From the NCBI GenBank assembly GCA_964016885.1, contig OZ024744.1, positions 111,848,001 to 111,912,000 of the forward strand: DNA of 64,000 nt. Reading direction: 5' to 3'. Numbering within the stretch: the first letter of the stretch is position 1; each line of letters begins with the position of its first letter. The notes under the pieces were generated by a model. The model was given only the letters and a program-made list of their open reading frames with translations, was not told the origin of the DNA and did not search any database. This stretch comes from Eledone cirrhosa (taxonomy: Eukaryota). Both the position numbers and the translations under genes were made by a program. Positions 38,863-53,758 of the stretch are shown here, one piece after another.

Positions 38863-38925
38863 TATTTTATCTGAAGAAAGCGTACCAAAGTGTCTTGGTA
38901 CCCTTGAAATATATATAATAAAATA
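38863..38925 (+). ncRNA. Type I hammerhead ribozyme
   Basis: tattttat CTGAAGA aag-c-gtaccaa/ttggtac-c-ctt GAAA tatata TA ataaaata. Confidence 0.88.
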
Positions 38926-38964
38926 AATATGGTTTTATAAATATATTTTCCATTTATTTAATAT

Positions 38965-39025
<61 letters not shown>

Positions 39026-39205
39026 ACGAATATTCTTTCAAATTTCGAAGGAAATATTTTGATAGCTACTGCATATATATATATATATATGAGTGTGTGT
39101 ATGTGTGTGTATATATATGAGTGTGTGTGTATATGTATATATATATATATATATAAATATATATAAGTGTGTGTGTGTGATATATATATATATATAAGTG
39201 TGTGT

Positions 39206-39239
<34 letters not shown>

Positions 39240-39254
39240 ACACACACACACACT

Positions 39255-39326
<72 letters not shown>

Positions 39327-39959
39327 TATATAAGTGTGTGTGTGATATATATATATATTTATGGCACTGTACATAAGCTAGATGCAGATCCCCCTGGCCT
39401 CACTGGGCGGTCAGTAGCCCCCGCTTCGGTACAGTACTTGATATGTGTGCAACAACCAACACCCTTGGAGGAGACAGAGGGGATGGTACAGTGATGGAGA
39501 GCACTGATGGATCTAGGAACGCTGACTAGATGTGGGTTGGGTATATATTGGGTATATATATATATCTGTCTTTAACAGTGTGACATTAAGTGATTGATAA
39601 AACAAGTACCAGATGTGAAAAGAATTAGTACTGGAGTCAACATAAAGTAAATCCTTTCAATGTGCTGGGCTCTCAGTATGACCAGAGTCATATGAATGAA
39701 AAAGGTAAAAGAATGAATAAATAATAAATACCATAATCTCTAAACAACACATTTAATTGTTATTTTTACCTCAGCTTAGGGATTATAATTGCTTCTCATC
39801 TGTATGGCTAAAATCACTAACGAACTATCCACTAATCCTGATTAATTAACATCATGACATCAACTAACAACAAACAATATACAACTTTACAGTTATTTCT
39901 TTTTGTTTGGTGGTGGTGGTGGTGGTGGTGATGGTGGTGGTAGTGGTGGGGATACTCAT

Positions 39960-42900
39960 TTTATTCTTTCACTGGTTTCAGTCACTGAACTATGGACATA
40001 CTGGGGCAGTTTTAACCTTTCACTGGTTTTAGTCACTGAACTATGGCCATACTGGGGCAGTTTTACTCTTTCACTGGTTTTAGTCACTGAACTATGGCCA
40101 TACTGAGGCAGTTTTACCCTTTCACTGGTTTTAGTCACTGAACTATGGCCATACTGGGGCAGTTTTACTCTTTCACTCGTTTTTGTCACTCAACTATGGC
40201 CATACTGGGGCAGTTTTACCCTTTCACTGGTTTTAGTCACTGGACTATGGCCATACTGGGGCAGTTTTACCCTTTCACTGGTTTTAGTCACTGAACTATG
40301 GCCATACTGGGGCAGTTTTACTCTGTCACTCGTTTTAGTCACTCAACTATGGCCATACTGGGGCAGTTTTACTCTTTCACTGGTTTTAGTCACTGGACTA
40401 TGGCCATACTGGGGCAGTTTTACCCTTTCACTGGTTTTAGACACTGAACTATGGCCATACTGGGGCAGTTTTACTCTTTCACTCGTTTTAGTCACTCAAC
40501 TATGGCCATACTGGGGCAGTTTTACTCTTTCACTGGTTTTAGTCACTGAACTATATGGCCATACTGGGGCAGTTTTACTCTTTAACTGGTTTTCGTCACT
40601 GAACTATGGCCATACTGGGGCAATTTTACTCTTTCACTCGTTTTAGTCACTCAACTATGGCTATACTGGGGCAGTTTTACTCTTTCACTGGTTTTAGTCA
40701 CTGAACTATGGCCATACTGGGGCAGTTTTACTCTTTCACTCGTTTTAGTCACTCAACTATGGCCATACTGGGGCAGTTTTACTCTTTCACTGGTTTTAGC
40801 CACTGAACTATGGCCATACTGGGGCAGTTTTACTCTTTCACTGGTTTTAGTCACTGAACTATGGCCATACCGGGGCAGTTTTGCTCTTTCACTGGTTTTA
40901 GTCACTGAACTATGGCCATACTGGGGCAGTTTTACCCTTTCACTGGTTTTAGTCACTGAACTATGGCCATACTGGGGCAGTTTTCCTCTGTCACTGGTTT
41001 TAGTCACTGGACTATGGCCATACTGGGGCAGTTTTACTCTTTCACTGGTTTTAGTCACTGAACTATGGCCATACTGGGGCAGTTTTACCCTTTCACTGGT
41101 TTTAGTCACTGGACTATGGCCATACTGGGGCAGTTTTCCTCCGTCACTGGTTTTAGTCACTGGACTATGGCCATACTGGGGCAGTTTTACCCTTTCACTG
41201 GTTTTAGTCACTGAACTATGGCCATACAGGGGCAGTATTACTCTTTCACTCGTTTTAGTCACTCAACTATGGCCATACTGGGGCAGTTTTACTCTTTCAC
41301 TGGTTTTAGTCACTGAACTATGGCCATACTGGGGCAGTTTTACCCTTTCACTGGTTTTAGTCACTGAACTATGGCCATACTGGGGCAGTTTTACCCTTTC
41401 ACTGGTTTTAGTCACTGGACTATGGCCATACTGGGGCAGTTTTACTCTTTCACTGGTTTTAGTCACTGAACTATGGCCATACTGGCGCAGTTTTACTCTT
41501 TCACTGGTTTTAGTCACTGAACTATGGCCATACTGGGGCAGTTTTACTCTTTCACTGGTTTTAGTCACTGAACTATGGCCATACTGGGGCAGTTTTACCC
41601 TTTCACTGGTTTTAGTCACTGAACTATGGCCATACTGGGGCAGTTTTACCCTTTCACTGGTTTTAGTCACTGGACTATGGCCATACTGGGGCAGTTTTAC
41701 CCTTTCACTGGTTTTAGTCACTGAACTATGGCCATACTGGGGCAGTTTTACTCTTTCACTCGTTTTAGTCACTGAACTATGGCCATACTGGGGCAGTTTT
41801 ACTCTTTCACTGGTTTTAGTCACTGGACTAAGACCATACTGGGGCAGTTTTACTCTGTCACTTGTTTTAGTCACTGGACTATGGCCATACTGGGGCAGTT
41901 TTACTCTGTCACTGGTTTCAGTCACTGAACTATGGCCATACTGGGGTAGTTTTACCCTTTCACTGGTTTTAGTCACTAAACTATGGCCATACTGGGGCAG
42001 TTTTACTCTTTCACTGGGTTTAGTCACTGAACTATGGCCATACTGGGGCAGTTTTACTCTTTCACTGGTTTTAGTCACTGAACTATGGCCATACTGGGCA
42101 GTTTTACTCTTTCACTCATTTTAGTCACTGAACTATGGCCATACTGGGGCAGTTTTACTCTTTCACTCATTTTAGTCACTGAACTATGGCCATACTGGGG
42201 CAGTTTTACCCTTTCAATGGTTTCAGTCACTGAACTATGGCCATACTGGGGCAGTTTTACTCTGTCACTGGTTTTAGTCACTGAACTATGGCCATACTGG
42301 GGCAGTTTTACTCTTTCATGGGTTTTAGTCACTGGACTATGGCCATACTGGGGCAGTTTTACTCTTTCACTGGTTTTAGTCACTGGTCTATGGCCATACT
42401 GGGGCAGTTTTACTCTTTCACTGGGTTTAGTCACCCAACTATGGCCATACTGGGGCAGTTTTACTCTTTCACTGGTTTTAGTCTCTGGACTATGGCCATA
42501 CTGGGGCAGTTTTACTCTTTAACTGGTTTTAGTCACTGAACTATGGCCATACTGGGGCAGTTTTACTTTTTCACTGGTTTTAGTCACTGAACTATGGCCA
42601 TACTGGAGCAGTTTTACTGTTTCACTGGTTTTAGTCACTGAACTATGGCCATACTGGGGCAGTTTTACTCTTTCATGGGTTTTAGTCACTGAACTATGGC
42701 CATACTGGGGCAGTTTTACTCTTTCACTCGTTTTAGTCACTGAACTATGGCCATACTGGGGCAGTTTTACTCTTTCACTGGTTTTAGTCACTGAACTATG
42801 GCCATACTGGGGCAGTTTTACTCTTTCACTGGTTTTAGTCATTGTACTATGGCCATACTGGGGCTGTTTTACTCTTTCACTGGGTTTAGTCACCCAACTA

Positions 42901-45900
42901 TGGCCATACTGGGGCAGTTTTACTCTTTCACTGGTTTTAGTCTCTGGACTATGGCCATACTGGGGCAGTTTTACTCTTTCACTGATTTTAGTCACTGAAC
43001 TATGGCCATACTGGGGCAGTTTTACTCTTTCACTGGTTTTAGTCACTGAACTATGGCCATACTGGAGCAGTTTTACTCTGTCACTGGTTTTAGTCACTGA
43101 ACTATGGCCATACTGGGGCAGTTTTACTCTTTCACTGGTTTTAGTCATTGAACTATGGCCACACTGGGGCAGTTTTACTCTTTCACTTGTTTTAGTCACT
43201 GAACTATGGCCATACTGGGGCAGTTTTACTCTTTCACTCGTTTTAGTCACTGAACTATGGCCATACTGGAGCAGTTTTACTCTGTCACTGGTTTTAGTCA
43301 CTGAACTATGGCCATACTGGGGCAGTTTTACTATTTCACTGGTTTTAGTCACTGAACTATGGCCATACTGGGGCAGTTTTACTCTTTCACTGGTTTTAGT
43401 CACTGGACTATGGCCATACTGGGGCAGTTTTACTCTTTAACTGGTTTTCGTCACTGAACTTTGGCCATACTGGGGCAGTTTTACTCTTTCACTGGTTTTA
43501 GTCACTGGACTATGGCCATACTGGGGCAGTTTTACTCTTTCACTGGTTTTAGTCACTGAACTATGGCCATACTGGGGCAGTTTTACTCTTTCACTGGTTT
43601 TAGTCACTGAACTATGGCCATACTGGAGCAGTTTTACTCTGTCACTGGTTTTAGTCACTGAACTATGGCCATACTGGGGCAGATATACCCTTTCACTGGT
43701 TTTAGTCACTGAACTATGGCCATACTGGGGCAGTTTTACTCTTCACTGGTTTTAGTCACTGAACTATGGCCATACTGGGGCAGTTTTACTCTTTCACTTG
43801 TTTTAGTCACTGAACTATGGCCATACTGGGGCAGTTTCACTCTTTCACTGGTTTCAGCCACTCAACTATGGCCATACTGGGGCAGTTTTACTCTTTCACT
43901 CGTTTTAGCCACTCAACTATGGCCATACTGGGGCAGTTTTACTCTTTCACTGGTTTTAGTCACTGAACTATGGCCATACTGGGGCAGTTTTACTCTGTCA
44001 CTGGTTTTAGTCACTGAACTATGGCCATACTAGGGCAGTTTTACTCTTTAACTGGTTTTCGTCACTGGACTATGGCCATACTGGGGCAGTTTTACTCTTT
44101 CACTGGTTTTAGTCACTCAACTATGGCCATACTGGGGCAGTTTTACTCTTTCACTGGTTTTAGTCACTCAACTATGGCCATACTGTGGCAGTTTTACTCT
44201 TTCACTGGTTTTAGTCTCTGGACTATGGCCATACTGGGGCAGTTTTACTCTTTCACTGGTTTTAGTCACTGAACTATGGCCATACTGGGACAGTTTTACT
44301 CTTTCACTGGTTTTAGTCACTGAACTATGGCCATACTGGGGCAGTTTTACTCTTTCACTGGTTTTAGTCACTGAACTAAGGCCATACTGGGGCAGTTTTA
44401 CTCTTTCACTGGTTTTAGTCACTGAACTATGGCCATACTGGGGCAGTTTTACTCTTTCACTCGTTTTAGTCACTGAACTATGGCCATACTGGGGCAGTTT
44501 TACTCTTTCACTGGTTTTAGTCACTGAACTATGGCCATACTGGGGCAGTTTTACTCTTTCACTGGTTTTAGTCATTGTACTATGGCCATACTGGGGCTGT
44601 TTTACTCTTTCACTGGGTTTAGTCACCCAACTATGGCCATACTGGGGCAGTTTTACTCTTTCACTGGTTTTAGTCTCTGGACTATGGCCATACTGGGGCA
44701 GTTTTACTCTTTCACTGATTTTAGTCACTGAACTATGGCCATACTGGGGCAGTTTTACTCTTTCACTGGTTTTAGTCACTGAACTATGGCCATACTGGAG
44801 CAGTTTTACTCTGTCACTGGTTTTAGTCACTGAACTATGGCCATACTGGGGCAGTTTTACTCTTTCACTGGTTTTAGTCATTGAACTATGGCCACACTGG
44901 GGCAGTTTTACTCTTTCACTTGTTTTAGTCACTGAACTATGGCCATACTGGGGCAGTTTTACTCTTTCACTCGTTTTAGTCACTGAACTATGGCCATACT
45001 GGAGCAGTTTTACTCTGTCACTGGTTTTAGTCACTGAACTATGGCCATACTGGGGCAGTTTTACTATTTCACTGGTTTTAGTCACTGAACTATGGCCATA
45101 CTGGGGCAGTTTTACTCTTTCACTGGTTTTAGTCACTGGACTATGGCCATACTGGGGCAGTTTTACTCTTTAACTGGTTTTCGTCACTGAACTTTGGCCA
45201 TACTGGGGCAGTTTTACTCTTTCACTGGTTTTAGTCACTGGACTATGGCCATACTGGGGCAGTTTTACTCTTTCACTGGTTTTAGTCACTGAACTATGGC
45301 CATACTGGGGCAGTTTTACTCTTTCACTGGTTTTAGTCACTGAACTATGGCCATACTGGAGCAGTTTTACTCTGTCACTGGTTTTAGTCACTGAACTATG
45401 GCCATACTGGGGCAGATATACCCTTTCACTGGTTTTAGTCACTGAACTATGGCCATACTGGGGCAGTTTTACTCTTCACTGGTTTTAGTCACTGAACTAT
45501 GGCCATACTGGGGCAGTTTTACTCTTTCACTTGTTTTAGTCACTGAACTATGGCCATACTGGGGCAGTTTCACTCTTTCACTGGTTTCAGCCACTCAACT
45601 ATGGCCATACTGGGGCAGTTTTACTCTTTCACTCGTTTTAGCCACTCAACTATGGCCATACTGGGGCAGTTTTACTCTTTCACTGGTTTTAGTCACTGAA
45701 CTATGGCCATACTGGGGCAGTTTTACTCTGTCACTGGTTTTAGTCACTGAACTATGGCCATACTAGGGCAGTTTTACTCTTTAACTGGTTTTCGTCACTG
45801 GACTATGGCCATACTGGGGCAGTTTTACTCTTTCACTGGTTTTAGTCACTCAACTATGGCCATACTGGGGCAGTTTTACTCTTTCACTGGTTTTAGTCAC

Positions 45901-47555
45901 TCAACTATGGCCATACTGTGGCAGTTTTACTCTTTCACTGGTTTTAGTCTCTGGACTATGGCCATACTGGGGCAGTTTTACTCTTTCACTGGTTTTAGTC
46001 ACTGAACTATGGCCATACTGGGACAGTTTTACTCTTTCACTGGTTTTAGTCACTGAACTATGGCCATACTGGGGCAGTTTTACTCTTTCACTGGTTTTAG
46101 TCACTGAACTAAGGCCATACTGGGGCAGTTTTACTCTTTCACTGGTTTTAGTCACTGAACTATGGCCATACTGGGGCAGTTTTACTCTTTAACTGGTTTT
46201 AGTCACTGAACTATGGCCATACTGGGGCAGTTTTACTGTTTCACTGGTTTTAGTCACTGAACTATGGCCATACTGGGGCAGTTTTACTGTTTCACTGGTT
46301 TTAGTCACTGAACTATGGCCATACTGGGGCAGTTTTACTGTTTCACTGGTTTTAGTCACTGAACTATGGCCATACTGGGGCAGTTTTACTCTGTCACTGG
46401 TTTTAGTCACTGAACTATGGCCATACTGGGGCAGTTTTACTTTGCCACTGGTTTTAGTCACTTGACTATGGCCATACTGGGGCAGTTTTACTCTGTCACT
46501 GGTTTTAGTCACTGAACTATGGCCATACTGGGGCAGTTTTACTCTTTCACTGGTTTTAGTCACTCAACTATGGCCATACTGGGGCAGTTTTACTCTGTCA
46601 CTGGTTTTAGTCACTCAACTATGGCCATACTGGGGCAGTTTTACTGTTTCACTGGTTTTAGTCACTGAACTATGGCCATACTGGGGCAGTGTTACTCTTT
46701 AACTGGTTTTCATCACTGAACTATGGCCATACTGGGGCAGTTTTACTCTTTCACTGGTTTTAGTCACTGGACTATGGCCATACTGGAGCAGTTTTACTCT
46801 TTAACTGGTTTTCGTCACTGAACTATGGCCATACTGGGGCAGTTTTACTCTTTCACTGGTTTTAGTCACTGGACTATGGCCATACTGGGGCAGTTTTACT
46901 CTTTAACTGGTTTTCGTCACTGAACTATGGCCATACTGGGGCAGTTTTACTCTTTAACTGGTTTTCGTCACTGAACTATGGCCATACTGGGGCAGTTTTA
47001 CTCTTTAACTGGTTTTCGTCACTGAACTATGGCCATACTGGGGCAGTTTTACTCTTTAACTGGTTTTCGTCACTGAACTATGGCCATACTGGGGCAGTAT
47101 TACTCTTTCACTGGTTTTAGTCACTGGACTATGGCCATACTGGGGCAGTTTTACTCTTTAACTGGTTTTCGTCACTGAACTATGGCCATACTGGGGCAGT
47201 TTTACTCTTTCACTCGTTTTAGTCACTCAACTATGGCCATACTGGGGCAGTTTTACTCTTTAACTGGTTTTAGTCACTGAACTATGGCCATACTGGGGCA
47301 GTTTTACTCTTTCACTCGTTTTAGTCACTCAACTATGGCCATACTGGGGCAGTTTTACTCTTTAACTGGTTTTAGTCACTGAACTATGGCCATACTGGGG
47401 CAGTTTTACTCTTTCACTCGTTTTAGTCACTCAACTATGGCCATACTGGGGCAGTTTTACTCTTTCACTGGTTTTAGTCACTGAACTATGGCCATACTGG
47501 GGCAGTTTTACTCTTTCACTGGTTTTAGTCACTGGACTATGGCCATACTGGAGCA
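39960..47555. repeat. 51-bp satellite, ~149 copies, with a 1733-bp higher-order duplication
   Basis: Unit actggttttagtcactgaactatggccatactggggcagttttactctttc; variant pattern recurs at +1733 (43437/45170, 43716/45449). Confidence 0.98.
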
Positions 47556-47627
47556 GGCGCCACCTGGATCATATCAAACCCAGTAGTTATTTAATCAGCT
47601 TCTTTCTGTCGAACTACTAAGTTACAG

Positions 47628-48508
47628 TATATATACACACAGACACACCCACTCACACACACATATATATAGACACACACATACATATATAGACACACAC
47701 ACACACACATATATATAGACACACACATACATATAGAGCCACACACACACACATATATATATATAGACACACACATATATATATATAGACACAATATAGA
47801 CACACACACACATACATATAGAGACACACACACACATATATATATATAGACACACACACACACATATAGAGACACACACACACATATATAGACACACACA
47901 CACATACATATAGAGACACACACACACATATATATAGAGACACACACACACATATATATAGACACACACACACATACATATAGAGACACACACACATACA
48001 TATAGACACACACACACACACATATAGACACACACACACACATATATATAGACACACACATACATATAGAGACACACACACACATACATATAGAGACACA
48101 CACACACATACATATAGAGACACACACACATACAGACACACACACACATATATATATAGACACACACACACATATATATATAGACACACACATACATATA
48201 GAGACACACACACACATATATATATAGACACACACACACACACATACATATAGACACACACACACATATATATATAGACACACACACACATACATATAGA
48301 GACACACACACACACATACATATAGAGACACACACACACATATATATATAGACACACACATACATATATATATAGACACACACACATATATAGACACACA
48401 CACACATACATATAGACACACACGCACATACATATAGACACACACATACACACATAATAATATATACACTGTATATATATATAGACACATGCACACACAT
48501 ATATATAG

Positions 48509-48557
<49 letters not shown>

Positions 48558-48660
48558 TATCTATATAGAGACACACACATATATATATAGAGAGAGAGAC
48601 ACACACACATATATATATATAGACACACACACACATATATAGAGAGAGAGATACACAGAC
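47628..48660. repeat. Compound (CA)n/(TA)n/GA microsatellite
   Basis: Direct inspection. Confidence 0.95.
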
Positions 48661-48669
48661 CATCTTCAT

Positions 48670-49795
48670 CATAATCTTCGTTTAACGTCAATCTTCCACA
48701 CTAGCATGGGTCAGACAGGAGTTGTCCCACTTGAGGCAAGATTGGTTGGGTGACCGTGTCTCGCTCGTATAGGACTCTCTGGTAGGTTTTCTACAGTTGG
48801 ATGCCCTTCCTAACACCAACCACATTTATAGTGTGGACTGGGAAATTTTTACTGACTGTAGGCTAACTTTGCATGTAGGGAACACGAGTCTTCTGTATTA
48901 CTGCGTGGCACCAAAGATCTCAGTCCAGTGACATTGTCTTAGAGAGGTGCAAGTGTGTAAGTTAGGAATTTACCATGTCGTCCCAACTTCCATCAATTTT
49001 GATCGCCCTGCACTTTTTTAGACAGCTGTCATCTTTCATGCACATCACGTGACCATACCAACGTAGTCTTCTCTCAAGTAAACAGCATCTGATCCCTCTT
49101 ATTCCTAATTTCTCACTTAGTTCATTTATGTTTTGCCATTCGTGTATATTACTATTACACATCCAACAGAGCATGCATGCTTCATTCCTTTCCAGTCTGC
49201 GCAGGTCCTCTGCACACAATGCCCATGTCTCACTGCCATGTAGCATAGTTGATCGTATACAGGCATCATACAATCTGCCTTTCATTTTTAGAGAAAAAAC
49301 CAACAGCAGTATTAGCTCTCTGAACTCTTTCCATCCCGTTCTAATTCTGGCTACTGTACTTTCAGAGCACCCACCACCACTGCTGATTTTGTCACCCAGG
49401 TAACGGAAGGTGTCCACTATTTCTATAGAGCCATCTGGGCAATAGAAGGAGCTAGTATCCTGTGGGCACTTGCTACTTATTGCACCTGAGCATTAGCTAT
49501 ATATAAAATCTATGTTCTTAGATAGCTTACCTGTGATCCCACTACATCTTTTATGTACCAATAGTTTGCATTTGGGACATAAAATGGAATTTTTACCTAC
49601 TCCTTTCTTACACACTGAGCATGGCCATTTCTCAGAGGGCACCTGTGCCCTATTTTCCTTTCTACATACTAGAACTTTAGTCTTAGACAAGTTAACTTTA
49701 AGGCCTTTTGATTCTAGGCCATGCTTCCATGTTTGGAATTTCTTCTCTAGTTCAGCCATGGATTCAGCTATGAGAGTTAGATCATCTTTGTATAG
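48670..49795 (-). mobile_element. Degenerate RTE LINE 3' fragment
   Basis: LYKDDLTLIAES, CSVCKKGVGKNSILCPKC, FRYLGD, RRLRWYGHV; homologous to 34760-36110. Confidence 0.9.
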
Positions 49796-49804
49796 AAGAC
49801 ACAT

Positions 49805-49836
<32 letters not shown>

Positions 49837-50027
49837 CTATATATATATATACAGACACACTCTCACACATATATATATGTCAAATTTGCCTTTCATTCTT
49901 TCAAGGTCGATAAAAAAAGTACCAGTCTACAACTGGGGTCGATTCTTCTTCTTTCTGGAAGAAATCTGCTGTACTCAGGCCTGGAGAAGGATGGGCTCTG
50001 TTAGGCTTAAAATAACCATAAAATGAT

Positions 50028-50356
50028 ATATATAGACACAGAAACATCCTTACACACACACACACTCACACACACAGTTATATAGAGAGACACAGGCACA
50101 CAACACACTCTCACACACATATATAGATATATATAGACACAGAAACATCCTTACACACACACACACACTCACACACACAGTTATATAGAGAGACACAGGC
50201 ACACAACACACTCTCACACACATATATAGATATATATAGACACAGAAACATCCTTACACACACACACACACTCACACACACAGTTATATAGAGAGACACA
50301 GGCACACAACACACTCTCACACACATATATAGATATATATAGATACAGAAACATCC

Positions 50357-50394
<38 letters not shown>

Positions 50395-50568
50395 ATATAG
50401 AGAGACACAGGCACACAACACACTCTCACACACATATATAGATATATATAGACACAGAAACATCCTTACACACACACACACACTCACACACACAGTTATA
50501 TAGAGAGACACAGGCACACAACACACTCTCACACACATATATAGATATATATAGATACAGAAACATCC

Positions 50569-50599
<31 letters not shown>

Positions 50600-51428
50600 T
50601 ATATAGAGAGACACAGGCACACAACACACTCTCACACACATATATAGATATATATAGACACAGAAACATCCTTACACACACACACACACTCACACACACA
50701 GTTATATAGAGAGACACAGGCACACAACACACTCTCACACACATATATAGATATATATAGACACAGAAACATCCTTACACACACACACAGTTATATAGAG
50801 AGACACAGGCACACAACACACTCTCACACACATATATAGATATATATAGACACAGAAACATCCTTACACACACACACACACTCACACACACAGTTATATA
50901 GAGAGACACAGGCACACAACACACTCTCACACACATATATAGATATATATAGACACAGAAACATCCTTACACACACACACACACTCACACACACAGTTAT
51001 ATAGAGAGACACAGGCACACAACACACTCTCACACACATATATAGATATATATAGACACAGAAACATCCTTACACACACACACAGTTATATAGAGAGACA
51101 CAGGCACACAACACACTCTCACACACATATATAGATATATATAGACACAGAAACATCCTTACACACACACACACACTCACACACACAGTTATATAGAGAG
51201 ACACAGGCACACAACACACTCTCACACACATATATAGATATATATAGACACAGAAACATCCTTACACACACACACAGTTATATAGAGAGACACAGGCACA
51301 CAACACACTCTCACACACATATATAGATATATATAGACACAGAAACATCCTTACACACACACACAGTTATATAGAGAGACACAGGCACACAACACACTCT
51401 CACACACATATATAGATATATAGAGACA
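50028..51428. repeat. ~89-109 bp minisatellite, ~14 copies
   Basis: Unit gacacagaaacatcctt(ac)n agttatatagagagacacaggcacacaacacactctc... Confidence 0.95.
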
Positions 51429-52069
51429 TCCACCAGTAGAAAGGTTGCGAAACAAAGAGCTGGGAAGACTCTCAGTTGTGTCAAAGATGACAACCTCTCC
51501 TGTGAACTTGGTAGATAAGAGACTATGTAAGCAGGATAGAAACCCCTCGGCTTGTCTAGGTCTGTGGCTCCACTTCAGTACTGACTTGATCTACATAGAC
51601 CTGTCCAACCCTTATTAGAAAGAAAAGTTGATGTTAAAACAGTGACGATGATGACGACGACGATGATGATGATATATCTGATGACTCCTCATTGATTAGC
51701 TTCTGTGCAGTTTCTCATTACCATATTTCACCCACAAGTTGAGGCTATGGTAAAAGATACTTGCCCAAGGTGACAGTGCGACCTGAAACTACTGTGTAAG
51801 GGTGTATGTGATTGGTATTTTAGCAATAGCACTAACATAGAGTGATGCATAATGAAAGTGTATATGAAAGCATATACATTGTTTATGTATAATAAATGTA
51901 CCCGAGTCTCATTATGAATGCTTTAAGCTGCGATCATGACACAGCAACTTCAGTAACTATGTTAAATTTCCAGGCTAATGTTTTAGGATCTTTTTTCCAT
52001 ATATGCTAGTTAGTGGTACTGATTGGAGTATATCAAGCCCATACAGTATGCAAATGAGCATCTCTTTAA

Positions 52070-52852
52070 CCCTTTAGCATTTAAACCTGCCTGTCCAGCC
52101 AGAATTTACTCACCTCTTTTTGTTCAAATCAGCTGTAACTGGCCACTCATACTGATGTTAAGGTACTGTTCTCAAAATAAATAATATTAAAATCTCATAG
52201 ATTCAATATTGTGAGATATTATATGAGCCTTTACTGTGAAAATACAATCTACTATATAAATTGGAAGTGGTCGGACGTTGTTTATTTAAGTAAGTAGGTG
52301 TAGTCGGATAAATGTTGAAACGGCTAGGTGGAATGCAGCAAAAATTTACACAGTTATGCAGAATGATCCGAGGAGGCTTTGGGTCGACTTTCAAGCTACA
52401 AGCTTCCATGGTTACGGAGAAAATTGATGAAACAGGAATTTCCCATTCAAATTGAACTGACAGTAATCTGTGAACGCAGAAGTAGTTATTTCGAGAAACG
52501 TTGCAACCGAACGAAAACGAGAAGACGATATTTTGGTTCGTGAAGACGTTCCCTGGCAATGAATGGGAAAAAACGAGGATAATACGTCATTATGTGGAGC
52601 GTGAAGAACAATTTCATGCAAAGACAAGACCAAGTTTATGGTATAAATGGAGTCGTTAGACTAATATTCTATTTAAAATAACAGAATGATTTCCAGCCCC
52701 GGAGTTTAAGAATGATGTAAATAAAATTGAAAATGAAAATGACAGAGGTTATTAAAATAGTAAATAGTAAATAGTGAAGATTTAGGCCAGTATATACGTA
52801 TGCCCTGACGGACATACACATACATACGCACACACAAATACATACACACCCA

Positions 52853-52917
<65 letters not shown>

Positions 52918-53506
52918 GCACACAAACACACACACACACGCGCACGCACGCGTATGTATAAACCTTATGCATTTCTACAGTATGTTCACCAAACTTAAGA
53001 CATAGGTTACTTATGTACTCCGGATGGTCATGGGCACTTTCATTTTTCCAGATATTGATTATAGGGCCCCCCCCCGGTAGATAACCCCTTTAACCCCTTT
53101 AACCACTTCCTTGGAGTCGACTGAAGCATTGCAGTGCAATGCAACAAAATGTCATAACTTCTGGAGTTCGCAACCGATTTTCACAAACCTTGACACATGG
53201 GCTACGTTTGTTCTACAGATGAATGTGAACTCTCAGAATTGGCACATATTGAGTAGGGGACCCCTGGGGGCAGGAACCCCCTTTTGGAAAAAGCCAATGA
53301 TTTTGTAAAAGTATAGATTTTGAAGCAGCACTGAAGTATTGACATAAATGGTATACACAACTGCTATTTAATACCCGAGCAACGCCGGGTACCTCTGTTA
53401 GTAGTATATATAGAGTAATGTAAATGTTATGTGAGATATAATGTGAGGTAAAACCTTTACTGTGAAAATATAATAGTATATATAGAGTAATGTAAATGCT
53501 AAAGGG
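52070..53506. mobile_element. piggyBac-type MITE
   Basis: TTAA|CCCTTTAGCATTTA ... TAAATGCTAAAGGG|TTAA. Confidence 0.85.
52248..53401 (+). mobile_element. Non-autonomous Helitron nested in the MITE
   Basis: A|TCTACTATATAAA start, cccg-agcaacgc-cggg hairpin, TTAG|T end; flanks rejoin to match the repeat at 53453-53498. Confidence 0.85.
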
Positions 53507-53657
53507 TTAATGTTTTCATCTTTAAAAATCTGTCATTCCCACATGGTTACTGAGATAGCTGTGGTATGATCACAGCTTAAAATATCCAAGGTGAGACTTA
53601 TGTATGTTTATTGTACATAAACATATTGTATATTACTTCATACACATGTCCATTCAC

Positions 53658-53758
53658 TGAGGTTAACTTTGCCTTTCATCCTTACGGGGTCGATAAAATA
53701 AAGTACCAGTAATGTACTGGGTATTTGCTGGCCTTGTGCCAAAAGTAGAAACAATTAT
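53658..53758 (+). mobile_element. 5'-truncated SINE (family of 59358-59543); further pieces at ~49880 and ~54249
   Basis: gaggttaactttgcctttcatccttacggggtcgataaaataaagtaccag. Confidence 0.8.

Noticed and set aside
39956-46563. Long 17-aa repeat ORFs (TKTSERVKLPQYGHSSV)
   Set aside because: By-product of a 51-bp unit; recurrent stops and frameshifts, no gene structure.
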